Shown here: positions 20,057-30,445 of the stretch, one piece after another
How positions within the stretch are numbered: position 1 is the stretch's first letter
Layout: every line of letters starts with the position of its first letter
Assembly: GCA_046045965.1 (NCBI GenBank)
Contig: JBJOKS010000021.1
Location: 32,001-96,000 of the forward strand
DNA: 64,000 nucleotides
Reading direction: 5' to 3'
Source: Cyanobacteriota bacterium
GTDB lineage: Bacteria; Cyanobacteriota; Cyanobacteriia; Cyanobacteriales; Nostocaceae
Notes under the pieces: model-generated
The model's database searches: none
What the model saw: only the letters and a program-made list of their open reading frames with translations
Told to the model about the DNA's origin: nothing
Made by a program: the position numbers and the translations under genes

Positions 20057-20998
20057 ATGGCGGAAATATCTGCAAAACTCGTCCAAGAGCTACGCCAAAA
20101 AACTGGTGCCGGCATGATGGACTGCAAAAAGGCGCTGAAAGAAACTGAAGGCAATATAGAAGAAGCCATTGACTGGCTGAGAAAAAAAGGTATTGCTTCA
20201 GCAGGTAAAAAAAGCGATCGCATTGCGGCTGAAGGTCTAGTAGACACCTACATTCAGCCTGATGGTAAGGTGGGTGTACTCATAGAAGTTAACTGCCAAA
20301 CAGATTTTGTTGCCCGTAACGACGCTTTTAAATCCTTAGTTAAGAAACTGGCACAACAAGCGGTAACTGCTGAGAGCATTGAGTCTTTGCTGGCTCAACC
20401 TTATATTGAAAATACCAGCGTGACTGTAGATGAGTTCATCAAAGAAACTATTGCTACCCTGGGTGAAAATATTCAGGTGCGGCGCTTTGTCAACTTTTCT
20501 CTTGGTAACACACCAGGAGTAGTAGACAGCTACATTCATACTGGTGGTAGAGTTGGTGTTTTGGTTCAACTGAGCGCCCAAACTGACGCAGCTGCTGGTA
20601 ACGAAGAGTTCCAAAACTTGGCTAAAAACACAGCCATGCAAATTGCAGCTTGTCCCAATGTCGAGTATGTCAGTGTAGATCAAATTCCTGCCGAAGTTGT
20701 CAAAAAAGAAAAAGACATTGAAATGGGCAAGGATGACTTGGGGAATAAACCAGAGAACATTAAAGAAAAGATTGTTCAAGGACGAATTGATAAACGCCTT
20801 AAAGAAATGGCTTTGCTGGATCAACCTTACATCCGTGACCAAAGTATTTCTGTAGAAGACTTGGTGAAGCAAGTTAAATCTAAAGTAGGTGAAGAGATCC
20901 AAGTACATCGCTTTGTGCGCTATGTGCTAGGTGAAGGCATTGAAAAGCAAGAAATTAGCTTTGCTGAAGAAGTAGCTGCTCAAATGGGCGCTAAGTAG
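20057..20998 (+). CDS. tsf: Translation elongation factor Ts
   Basis: [27 protein letters not shown]; follows rpsB. Confidence 0.98.
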   Translation: MAEISAKLVQELRQKTGAGMMDCKKALKETEGNIEEAIDWLRKKGIASAGKKSDRIAAEGLVDTYIQPDGKVGVLIEVNCQTDFVARNDAFKSLVKKLAQQAVTAESIESLLAQPYIENTSVTVDEFIKETIATLGENIQVRRFVNFSLGNTPGVVDSYIHTGGRVGVLVQLSAQTDAAAGNEEFQNLAKNTAMQIAACPNVEYVSVDQIPAEVVKKEKDIEMGKDDLGNKPENIKEKIVQGRIDKRLKEMALLDQPYIRDQSISVEDLVKQVKSKVGEEIQVHRFVRYVLGEGIEKQEISFAEEVAAQMGAK

Positions 20999-21095
20999 TT
21001 TAGTTATTAGTCAATAGTCAGTAGTGAGTTGTTAATAGTATCTAATTAACTAAAACTTCTTGACTATGGACTTTTGACTAATTTCTACTTAAATA

Positions 21096-21130
21096 ACAGG
21101 TCTAGCAAACTTTGCTGGCCTGTATTTTAT
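21096..21130 (+). terminator. Probable intrinsic terminator of rpsB-tsf
   Basis: ACAGGTCTAGCAAA-C-TTTGCTGGCCTGT imperfect hairpin followed by ATTTTATT. Confidence 0.6.
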
Positions 21131-21160
21131 TAGCAGTTAGAATGGGATTAATACCAATTC

Positions 21161-21194
21161 ATAATTGATAATTGATAATTGATAATTGATAATT
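21161..21194. repeat. STRR heptamer array (ATAATTG)n
   Basis: Tandem 7-mers. Confidence 0.85.
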
Positions 21195-21337
21195 AAAAAA
21201 TTCAGATTTTATAGCAAACGCCAAGGTGCTTAAAAAATCAACTATAATCCAAACTCCAGATGATCTGGATAATTATTTTCACGACAAATTTTCAATTTGT
21301 ATCAAAATAAAATTCAGATAGAGAAAAAGGGGAAGAT

Positions 21338-22186
21338 ATGGCCAGATCAATTGAGCGAATAGAACGGGATATTACAGCCATAAAACAGGCGATAAGAGCG
21401 ATCGCCATAGAACTAAACAGCAATTATGTCAATTATTTAAACATTCTGGGAGAAGCTTTACAAAAACAGTTAATTGTGGCAGTTTATCACCTTTGTACTC
21501 AAGGCTATCCTGAGAAGTTTCTCAACTTGTCACTTAATCAGCGCCAACAATTACAACAAGGCATTCGTAAATTAGGTCAAAAAGGCGCACAACAGTTGCT
21601 GGTTTATATTCAGGGTAGTGAAACTGAGGAAATTCAGGAAACTGAAGCAACTGAAGAAATTCAGGAAATTCAGGAAACAGACGAGAGTGAAAACAATGAA
21701 CCATCGAAAATTGAAAATCAAAAATATTTAGATCCTTCCAACCCGATAGAACTAGCAAAATGGCATCAGGATTTAGAGGAAGGGATTCAGGATACACTGA
21801 AGAAAGTTTCCCATGATGCTAATTCTTTAATCCAAAAAGCTGGTCTTTTACCCAAAAAATTACCAGAACCGATTTTAGCAGCAGCAGCGGCAGCTTCAGA
21901 AGCTTCAGCCGAGGTGATACCGGGTCCTCCTAATCTATTAAACTTAGTAATAGAAATCAGTAATGAGCCGGAATCAGAAGATTCTAGCTTGACACAGCTT
22001 ATGACCCTGAACTTGCGACTAGGAGACATTGAATTTGCTGATACCACACTTTTGTCAGGGCGCAAGCAAATTCGTAATATTTTATTGCAACTGAATAAGC
22101 TAGGAAGAGAGTATCAGAAAAAACAGCGAGAACTCAAAAGTGCGGAAGCTGAAGCTGCCTGGCGTGCCAGTTGGTTTGAGGACTAG
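21338..22186 (+). CDS. Conserved-type cyanobacterial hypothetical protein upstream of recG
   Basis: 282-aa helical ORF, YHLCTQGYPEKFL and C-terminal AEAEAAWRASW. Confidence 0.7.
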   Translation: MARSIERIERDITAIKQAIRAIAIELNSNYVNYLNILGEALQKQLIVAVYHLCTQGYPEKFLNLSLNQRQQLQQGIRKLGQKGAQQLLVYIQGSETEEIQETEATEEIQEIQETDESENNEPSKIENQKYLDPSNPIELAKWHQDLEEGIQDTLKKVSHDANSLIQKAGLLPKKLPEPILAAAAAASEASAEVIPGPPNLLNLVIEISNEPESEDSSLTQLMTLNLRLGDIEFADTTLLSGRKQIRNILLQLNKLGREYQKKQRELKSAEAEAAWRASWFED

Positions 22187-22287
22187 CACCGCAAGGCGAA
22201 CATCAAAAGTCAAAAGTCAAAAGTCAAAATTTACAATGAAAGAAATTCTGCCTATTCTCTATTCCCTATTCCCTATTCCCTTGACTA

Positions 22288-24753
22288 ATGATTAATGACA
22301 CTCCCGATTGGATAAGATTACATAAAGCCTTAGCCGTAGAGGCAGAATCTGGCTTTACAGATTTGGTGGGTAAGCAATACCGCTTCAGTGAATTTCTGAG
22401 TTTGACTTTTGGGAAGTTTCCCCAAGCGTTGCCTCCAAAAGAACGCTCGCGCTGGTACGAAATAGCAATGCAATTTGCTAACTATTCAAATCTGGAAGTG
22501 GAAGCAAGACAGCATTTAGTCGCCGAAGTTAGAAGATACCTCTACCAATTACAGCAAGAACTAGAGGAGGGGGAGCAGGGGAGAATATATCCAAGTAAAA
22601 CCATAAATCTCACAACCCCAATTGTTGCCGAAGTGAGTAAAAAACTAGCTCCAAAAATTGAGCAAAAACTTAGTGATTTGCCGGAAATTGGCATTAAAAA
22701 AGCTGAGAATTTAGCGCGGTTGGATTTACTGACTGTACGTGATTTGTTGTTCTACTATCCTCGTGATCATATTGATTATGCACGTCAGGTAAATATTCAA
22801 GAGTTACAGGGTGGTGAGACGGTAACGATCATAGCAACTGTAAAGCGGTTTAATTATTTTACTAGCCCGAAAAATAAGAAGTTATCAATTTTAGAATTGA
22901 TTCTGAAAGATAACACAGGTCAAATTAAAGTTAGTCGTTTTTTTGCTGGGGCGCGGTTTAGCAGTCGTGGGTGGCAGGAAAGTTTAAAACGCCGCTATGC
23001 TGTGGGTAGTGTTTTGGCAGCTTGTGGGTTAGTAAAAGGTGGTAAATATGGTTTAACTTTAGATAATCCAGAATTGGAAGTGTTAGCAAATCCAGGAGAT
23101 ACAATTGATTCTCTAACTATTGGCCGAGTTGTGCCGATTTATGCTTTAACTGAGGGAGTGGTGGCAAATACGGTGAGACAAGCTGTAATTGCGGCTTTAC
23201 CTGCGGCGGCTCATTTGAAAGATCCTTTACCCAGTGGTTTGCGGAAAAAATATGATTTAATGGAATTGAAGGATGCAATTCCTAATATTCATTTTCCTAA
23301 AGATAGTGATACTTTAAAATCTGCCCGTCGGCGTTTGGTATTTGATGAATTTTTCTATTTGCAAGTTGGTTTATTACAACGTCAGAAAAAAGCTAAGGAA
23401 ATTCAAACCAGCGCCGTTCTTGCACCGAAGGGCAAATTATTAGAACAATTTAACGAAATTCTTCCTTTTAAATTTACAGGCGCTCAACAAAGAGTTATTA
23501 ACGATATTCTTAATGATTTACAAAAACCTACACCGATGAATCGTTTAGTTCAAGGTGATGTAGGTTCAGGTAAAACAGTGGTAGCTGTAGTTGCTATTTT
23601 AGCTGCTATTCAATCTGGTTATCAAGCTGCTTTAATGGCTCCGACTGAAGTATTAGCAGAACAACATTATCGCAAATTAGTTAGTTGGTTTAACCTGCTA
23701 CATTTGCCTGTTGAGTTATTAACAGGTTCGACAAAAATAGCCAAAAGACGAGAAATTCATTCTCAGTTAGAAACAGGTGAATTACCTTTATTAGTAGGAA
23801 CTCACGCCTTAATTCAAGATAAAGTTAATTTTCAAAGTTTGGGTTTAGTTGTTATTGATGAACAGCACCGTTTTGGGGTAGAACAAAGAGCGAAGTTACA
23901 ACAAAAAGGTGAACAACCTCATGTTTTAACTATGACAGCAACTCCCATTCCTCGAACTTTGGCTTTAACAGTACATGGTGATTTAGATGTTAGTCAAATT
24001 GATGAATTACCACCAGGAAGACAACAAATTCAAACTACTTTATTAAGTGGTCAACAACGACCAAAAGCTTACGATTTAATCCGGCGAGAAGTTGCCCAAG
24101 GTAGACAAGTTTATGTAGTTTTACCTTTGGTGGAAGAGTCAGAAAAATTAGATTTGCGTTCGGCTGTTGATGAACATCAAAAATTACAAGAAAGCGTTTT
24201 TCCTGATTTTCAAGTTGGGTTATTGCATGGACGTATGACTTCAGCAGAGAAGGATGAAGCAATTACCAAATTTAGGGATAATGAAACGCAGATATTAGTT
24301 TCTACTACTGTAGTTGAAGTAGGTGTAGATGTACCAAATGCCACGGTGATGCTAATTGAACACGCGGAAAGATTTGGGTTATCACAGTTACATCAATTAC
24401 GGGGGCGTGTGGGACGGGGTGCAGCGCAGTCTTATTGTTTATTGATGAGTAGTTCGAGAAGTGCGGATGCTCAACAACGGTTGAAGGTGTTGGAACAGTC
24501 TCAGGATGGGTTTTTTATCTCGGAAATGGATATGCGTTTTCGTGGTCCTGGGGAAGTGATGGGGACTAGGCAATCTGGGGTAGCGGATTTTACTTTGGCT
24601 AGTTTGGTGGAAGATGAGGATGTGTTGCTGTTAGCGCGACAAGCAGCAGAGAAAGTGATTGATATGGATGCAAGTTTAGCGCGTTGGCCGTTGATGAAGG
24701 ATGAGTTGCAGTATAGGTATGCGCGGTTAATGGGTGGAGCGATTTTGACGTAA
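22288..24753 (+). CDS. recG: ATP-dependent DNA helicase RecG
   Basis: QGDVGSGKT, DEQHRFGV, MTATPIPRTL, QLHQLRGRVGRG. Confidence 0.97.
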   Translation: MINDTPDWIRLHKALAVEAESGFTDLVGKQYRFSEFLSLTFGKFPQALPPKERSRWYEIAMQFANYSNLEVEARQHLVAEVRRYLYQLQQELEEGEQGRIYPSKTINLTTPIVAEVSKKLAPKIEQKLSDLPEIGIKKAENLARLDLLTVRDLLFYYPRDHIDYARQVNIQELQGGETVTIIATVKRFNYFTSPKNKKLSILELILKDNTGQIKVSRFFAGARFSSRGWQESLKRRYAVGSVLAACGLVKGGKYGLTLDNPELEVLANPGDTIDSLTIGRVVPIYALTEGVVANTVRQAVIAALPAAAHLKDPLPSGLRKKYDLMELKDAIPNIHFPKDSDTLKSARRRLVFDEFFYLQVGLLQRQKKAKEIQTSAVLAPKGKLLEQFNEILPFKFTGAQQRVINDILNDLQKPTPMNRLVQGDVGSGKTVVAVVAILAAIQSGYQAALMAPTEVLAEQHYRKLVSWFNLLHLPVELLTGSTKIAKRREIHSQLETGELPLLVGTHALIQDKVNFQSLGLVVIDEQHRFGVEQRAKLQQKGEQPHVLTMTATPIPRTLALTVHGDLDVSQIDELPPGRQQIQTTLLSGQQRPKAYDLIRREVAQGRQVYVVLPLVEESEKLDLRSAVDEHQKLQESVFPDFQVGLLHGRMTSAEKDEAITKFRDNETQILVSTTVVEVGVDVPNATVMLIEHAERFGLSQLHQLRGRVGRGAAQSYCLLMSSSRSADAQQRLKVLEQSQDGFFISEMDMRFRGPGEVMGTRQSGVADFTLASLVEDEDVLLLARQAAEKVIDMDASLARWPLMKDELQYRYARLMGGAILT

Positions 24754-24790
24754 TTAGGGGAAACGCAACTAAAGTATCTTGAGAAGATTT

Positions 24791-24959
24791 AGGGACTTCC
24801 AAGAAATAAATTATCTCGATTAAGGAACCGCAGAGACGCAGAGAAGCCAGTGCGTTGGGCGGGTTCCCCGACTTGTAGCAACTGGCGCGACACAGAGAAA
24901 TAAGGGTTTGAGAGATTTTTACGTTAGGTGGTTGAGTGTTTTTTTATTTGGAAGTCCCT
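24791..24959. mobile_element. MITE (~170 bp) with terminal inverted repeats, carrying an inserted 45-nt small repeat
   Basis: AGGGACTTCCAA at 24791 and TTGGAAGTCCCT ending at 24959; insert at 24844-24888. Confidence 0.7.
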
Positions 24960-25070
24960 TAATTCAAATACTTATAAAATCTTTGATTCATCCCTTATTA
25001 GTAGATTACTATAAGTAATACTAACTCTATTCTGATTCTTGAATTCCTACTATTTATTTTAGAAAAAGAA

Positions 25071-26528
25071 ATGTCACAACAGAACACAATTACAAATCCT
25101 CAAGAAATCTATGATGTAGTTATCGTTGGTGCTGGTCCTGTTGGTTTAGCAACTGCGATTGGTTTACGCCAGCGGGGTATAGAAAATATACTTGTTATTG
25201 ACCAAGCTCGCACTTTTCGTCAAGTTGGTCAAGTTTTAGACCTTTTACCTAATGGATTAAAAGCACTAAAAGAGTTAGATTTAAATGCCTATACAGCAGT
25301 CAAGGATAATGCTATTAAGTTATTTTCTCCTCAGCAATCTGATGATCAAAAAACCGCTAAAACTTCACCTCAATGGGTTTACAAAAATCTCCAAGGTCAG
25401 TTAATTAGATCAATTTCTTTGGGGTTTGATGATTGGTTTAAAGATTATGGTGAAGGGAGATTATCATTAGCTTGGTTTGAATTACAAACTACCCTGAGAA
25501 ACCTTATTCCTCCAGAAACAGTCAAAGCTAACCATCGTTGTATTAATTTAGTGGATGAACCAGAAAATGGTTGTGTGCGGGTAGAGTGTGTTTCTGATGG
25601 TAATGTTGAAGATAACCCCTATGCCTATTGGGAAGAAAATTCAACACTAGCGAATAATTCAACTCAAAACTTAGATAACTTACCTCCGAAATTAATATCT
25701 AAAACGTTTCGGGGAAAACTAATTATTGGTGCAGATGGAATTAACTCTAATGTCCGTCAGGTAATCTATAAAGATAGCCCCTACTCTGCGTTTGCTAAAC
25801 CTCAATACTCTGGCTTTGCGGCTATAATGTGCAGAGAGATAAAGGGTATTCCTGAACAACTCCAAACTGAAATAGTAAATACATTTTTGCCAGGTACTTT
25901 TCTTGCTACCATTAGTAATGATTGCATATCGGAAAATTCTCCAGATGTAATCGAGCCCAGGATGATGTTATTTTCCAGAATACCAGGTCAATTTGGATAT
26001 ATAATCCATCTACCCGTAACTTTAGAAGCTTTGCAAAATAAATCTGGACAGGATTTAATTGATTTAGCTTTACAAGAATTAGAAAAAGCCGATTTTCCTG
26101 ACAGCTTAAAAGAATTAGTGGCAATTTCTCCATCGGCAAATATGCAGCAACGTCCTTACTATATTCACCATACTAGCAATGAAACTGATGCTGGCAAAAT
26201 TACACCTGCATGGAGTCAAGGAAGAGTTATATTAGTTGGGGATGCAGCACATGGAATGCCACCATTTATGGCGCAAGGTGGAAATCAAGGCTTAGAAGAT
26301 GCACTAGTAGTAGTGAAAATTATTGCTAATATTACCAAGCAGAATTATTGGCATGATATAGAAGCAATCAGTCAACAATTTGCCCAATATGAACATTTAC
26401 GCCGTCCATTTGTTGCATATATCCAAGCTGCAACATTGACAAGATTACCCCAAACTTCCAATCAACAATGGCATGAATATAGCCAAAAAGTTTATACTCG
26501 TGATGTCAAAAAAATTATGGCTTTTTGA
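25071..26528 (+). CDS. FAD-dependent monooxygenase
   Basis: GAGPVGL Rossmann motif, IGADGINS, LVGDAAHGMPPFMAQGGNQGLED. Confidence 0.9.
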   Translation: MSQQNTITNPQEIYDVVIVGAGPVGLATAIGLRQRGIENILVIDQARTFRQVGQVLDLLPNGLKALKELDLNAYTAVKDNAIKLFSPQQSDDQKTAKTSPQWVYKNLQGQLIRSISLGFDDWFKDYGEGRLSLAWFELQTTLRNLIPPETVKANHRCINLVDEPENGCVRVECVSDGNVEDNPYAYWEENSTLANNSTQNLDNLPPKLISKTFRGKLIIGADGINSNVRQVIYKDSPYSAFAKPQYSGFAAIMCREIKGIPEQLQTEIVNTFLPGTFLATISNDCISENSPDVIEPRMMLFSRIPGQFGYIIHLPVTLEALQNKSGQDLIDLALQELEKADFPDSLKELVAISPSANMQQRPYYIHHTSNETDAGKITPAWSQGRVILVGDAAHGMPPFMAQGGNQGLEDALVVVKIIANITKQNYWHDIEAISQQFAQYEHLRRPFVAYIQAATLTRLPQTSNQQWHEYSQKVYTRDVKKIMAF

Positions 26529-26699
26529 TTGTAAGTGTAAACTTACGTTTGCCCTACCAACCGTAGCTATTGCAAGCACTTCAATTTGGCGAGTATGTTG
26601 TCTTTACCTTTAACAGAATATTCCGTGAAGGTTATGGAATATTAAACCGGGGCTTTGTTTCTCAAACATCACCCCTTTATTACCACAACAAAAACCAAA

Positions 26700-27755
26700 T
26701 CAACTAAACTCCATCGTCTCCACAAACTCCAGAATATTTTGCTTAATGTCCTCAGCTTCATCTAAAATAGAACCGGGAATATCACCGTTAAAAAATGTCC
26801 GCTGACTGCTCACTATATACAAAAAGTCTCCATTGATAAAGGCTAATAACCCCCGATAGGCATCTAATCTGATGGCATGACCGTTATTTTCTTGCTTGGA
26901 AATTGTTGAGCCTTTAGGCATATCAATTAATACATAATAATAGCCTTTTAAAGTATCTTGTAGATATTCTGTATACTTGATTTCTGCACCTTGGACATTG
27001 GCAAAAATGGCTTGTGGTAGATATTTATCGATGAGAATTGAGTGGAGATATGTTTCTTGTCCTTGAGATTTTATTGTTTCTAAATATTCATTCGGGAGCG
27101 GATAATAATCAATTCTCAGCAAAGTACCAACATCATCAGAAAAGCCGACTATTCCTTCTTGACTTTGAATTTTTCCCCCTTCTTCTGGGATAACTGGGAT
27201 GGGAACAATAAAATTACCCAAGGGAGATTGATATATTTGTTGACCAAATTCATCTAATATTATTGTTTCGTATTCTGTTTCTGTATATTCTTCTTGTTCT
27301 TCTGCTTCTTCAATTGCAGCTATTACTTCTTTGATAATTTCTTCTGCTTCTATATCTTCTAATTCTAAGGCTTGCTGTAGTTGTTTGATGTAAGGCTGTT
27401 TTTGTGTGGGGATAGCGAGAGTTTTGTCGTCTAAAAGCATGATGACACCAGCTGCAAAGCCATCTAATACTATCTCATCAGCAAGGCTGGCATTGGCGGT
27501 ATTAAATAATGCTCCTAGTCCTTCATCTTCGGCGATCGCTGCTAGTCTGTCAACTATTTCCAGCATTTCTTCTTGTGAGTATTCATCAAAAACCTCGAAT
27601 TCCCAGAGAATATCCGCTAAACTTTCTGCATCTAAGTCTTCAATGGAAGCATCCACTATTGCGGTAATTACGGCTATGGCAGCTACTGCTTCTTCTGGAC
27701 TTAGTGATTCTTCTGATATTTCTTTTGACTTGAAAATTTGATCATACTTTGTCAT
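26700..27755 (-). CDS. TerB-like N-terminal domain protein with extra C-terminal domain
   Basis: Acidic helical N-terminus LSPEEAVAAIAVIT...LQQALEL resembling cyanobacterial TerB-family proteins. Confidence 0.55.
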   Translation of the reverse strand: MTKYDQIFKSKEISEESLSPEEAVAAIAVITAIVDASIEDLDAESLADILWEFEVFDEYSQEEMLEIVDRLAAIAEDEGLGALFNTANASLADEIVLDGFAAGVIMLLDDKTLAIPTQKQPYIKQLQQALELEDIEAEEIIKEVIAAIEEAEEQEEYTETEYETIILDEFGQQIYQSPLGNFIVPIPVIPEEGGKIQSQEGIVGFSDDVGTLLRIDYYPLPNEYLETIKSQGQETYLHSILIDKYLPQAIFANVQGAEIKYTEYLQDTLKGYYYVLIDMPKGSTISKQENNGHAIRLDAYRGLLAFINGDFLYIVSSQRTFFNGDIPGSILDEAEDIKQNILEFVETMEFS

Positions 27756-28007
27756 AATATTTATCTCCCTCAGTAACTTGTTAGTATTTACCGATGTCTC
27801 ACGGTAATAATTGTTAGTTTAGCAAGGTTAGAAACCTTATCTAGATGATATTTAGTATTTTTAGTAAACTATGTTACTAGGACACGGGACAAGTTGAAGT
27901 GGTGTGATAGCGGGGAGCGCCCGCTTGATAGTCATCACCCAAGGTAACGAGGAAAAACCATTGATGAGTCAAGAAACGCTCTACTTCCTAAAAAAGCATG
28001 TATAAAA

Positions 28008-28412
28008 TCACTTGTTCGGTTGAGCAATACGCACTTCAATATCTTCTAATGTGCGTAACAAAAGACGATTGGCTTGTAATTGCCAACCCCATTTCTGAAT
28101 TCTAAAAGCTGCAACTGTGCCAATTATAGCTGCTAACAAACCTATCGGTTGATTGAGAGAAATTCCAAATAACAAACCTAAACCAGCAATACCCCAAAAT
28201 GGTAAGGCTGCTGCCTGTCTTTGCTCCTCAACTATTTCTGCAATTTTACTGTTTTGCATTGTAGCTAATAATTCTGCTTTAATTTGCCTCTGTTCTGCTA
28301 AGGATAGGGATAAACTGATCTTCCTGCGTAGTTTTTCCATCTTACGAGCATCAGTGCTGTATTCTGTGAGCTCATCTTCTGCCATTTTCAACAGATGTTC
28401 TAATTTTGACAT
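28008..28412 (-). CDS. Hypothetical membrane protein
   Basis: 134 aa, coiled N-terminus and two hydrophobic segments. Confidence 0.7.
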   Translation of the reverse strand: MSKLEHLLKMAEDELTEYSTDARKMEKLRRKISLSLSLAEQRQIKAELLATMQNSKIAEIVEEQRQAAALPFWGIAGLGLLFGISLNQPIGLLAAIIGTVAAFRIQKWGWQLQANRLLLRTLEDIEVRIAQPNK

Positions 28413-28585
28413 GGTGCATTGTCCACGTTATTTTTCTACAGTGATTATCGAGAATAATTGTTAATTTTTCTTGACCAGAGTATTATAATCAAATCTATAG
28501 CCTAAAATTACAACTCTACAATTAAATATAGGTAAAATAATAAGTAAAAATTGACAACTGATAACTGATAACTGATAAATAACCA

Positions 28586-30079
28586 ATGACTAAAAAATGG
28601 TTTCGGATAGGTATGACAGTGATATTCATCCTGTCATTTAGCTTACGCTTTTGGGGATTAGAACGATTTAATACCCTCGTATTTGATGAAATTTACTTTG
28701 CCCAATTTGGTAATAATTATCTTACCAAAACGCCCTTTTTTAATGCTCATCCACCACTTAGTCAATATATCATTGGTCTAGGAATTTGGATTGGTAATCA
28801 TATTCCCTTTTGGCAAAATACTATTAATGGTGCAACAGGTTCTTTATTATCTCCTTGGAGTTATCGTTGGGCAAATGCTTTTACAGGTTCATTAATTCCC
28901 TTAATAGTTATTTTACTGACTTATCAGTTAAGTTATCGTCGTGGTTTTGCTTTATTAGCAGGTTTATTTACAGCTTTGGATGGTTTATTTTTGGTTGAAT
29001 CTCGCTATGCTTTAAGTAATATCTATATAGTTATTTTTGGTTTGATTGGACAATGGTTTTTATTATTAGCATTAGAAAAACAAAATCAAAAACGTTGGTT
29101 TGCTTTAGTGATAGCAGGGATTAGTTTTGGGGCTTCAATTGGGACAAAATGGAATGGTTTATGGTTTCTTACAGGTGCTTATGGAATGTGGATAGCAGCT
29201 TGGATAATTCGTTGGTTGCAATCTTTTTCACCGTCACCAAGATTACCTTTATTTTCTTATTTGCGTCCTTATAAAGAACACATTGAAACCCAGGTAAATA
29301 CTGTGAAAATCCCACTGCAAAAAATTACGCAAATAAATATTTTGCAAATGGGATTTTTTCTAGGAATTGTCCCGATAATAATTTACAGTTTAATTTGGAT
29401 TCCTCACCTACAACTAGATACAAGGTATGGATTTATAGAAGTTCATAAACAAATTTTAGGATTTCATCTTCAATTGGGTGGTAATGATGCAAGCGTACAT
29501 CCTTACTGTGCTGCATGGTATAAATGGCCATTATTAACTCGGCCAATGGCTTATTATTATGAAACCACTCAAAGCTTTAAAGATCCCATTCCTGTATTTG
29601 GTCCTCCTTTACCTCCTAGTGCTGGAAAAGTGGTTTATGATGTTCATGCAATGGGTAATCCTTTCCTCTGGTGGTTTGGTATTGCAGCAATTATATTTTT
29701 AATAGGAATGTTATTGGTAAAAATAATTTTACCGGGAATACAGCAACAACGGTTATTTATTTCCAAAAATCTGAGTGTTGATACTTGGATTGCTTTATAT
29801 ATAGTTATTAATTATGCGGCTAACTTCTTACCTTGGATCAAGGTAAATCGCTGTGTGTTTATCTACCATTATATGTGTGCGGTGGTTTTCACATTTATTG
29901 CTCTTGCTTGGTTTGTTGATCAGTGTCTGCGTAGTTATTATAGAGGGATGCGTATATTTGGTTTGACAATCACTTTTACAATTATAGTTGCTTTCATTTT
30001 CTGGCTACCTATTTATTTAGGTTTACCTCTTTCTATGGAAGATTATCACCTACGGATGTGGTTTAGAAGTTGGATATAA
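28586..30079 (+). CDS. Lipid-carrier-dependent glycosyltransferase (protein O-mannosyltransferase-like, GT39)
   Basis: LVFDEIYF, NAHPPL, TKWNG, HPY...W..WP, GNPFLWW, FIYHY; multi-TM. Confidence 0.85.
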   Translation: MTKKWFRIGMTVIFILSFSLRFWGLERFNTLVFDEIYFAQFGNNYLTKTPFFNAHPPLSQYIIGLGIWIGNHIPFWQNTINGATGSLLSPWSYRWANAFTGSLIPLIVILLTYQLSYRRGFALLAGLFTALDGLFLVESRYALSNIYIVIFGLIGQWFLLLALEKQNQKRWFALVIAGISFGASIGTKWNGLWFLTGAYGMWIAAWIIRWLQSFSPSPRLPLFSYLRPYKEHIETQVNTVKIPLQKITQINILQMGFFLGIVPIIIYSLIWIPHLQLDTRYGFIEVHKQILGFHLQLGGNDASVHPYCAAWYKWPLLTRPMAYYYETTQSFKDPIPVFGPPLPPSAGKVVYDVHAMGNPFLWWFGIAAIIFLIGMLLVKIILPGIQQQRLFISKNLSVDTWIALYIVINYAANFLPWIKVNRCVFIYHYMCAVVFTFIALAWFVDQCLRSYYRGMRIFGLTITFTIIVAFIFWLPIYLGLPLSMEDYHLRMWFRSWI

Positions 30080-30445
30080 ACCCAGAAAATTGTCCGCGTG
30101 ATTTTACTTAATATATCTACATAATCAAGCGTTTAGTTAATCATCCATATTTTACATTTCTTATCTGTAGTCAGAATAACCACCTGTTACACTGTAAGCA
30201 GTTGAGCAATTCGGGTAACTCTACCCAATTACAAAATAGCAAGGGAATGATATAGACCTGACCAGAAAATTAAACAAGCTTGGAAATAACAAATGAGAAG
30301 TTAGCTAAATATCTCATTCAGTTGATCAGCTACTTAATTAGCTGCCAGTTAATTTAATAGTAAATTTAAAAGTGCTAAGAGAGTTAAATCCGCGTAAGTT
30401 ACTAAACCTGATAGGTGAAAAAATCTATCGCTAACTCTACTCTTA

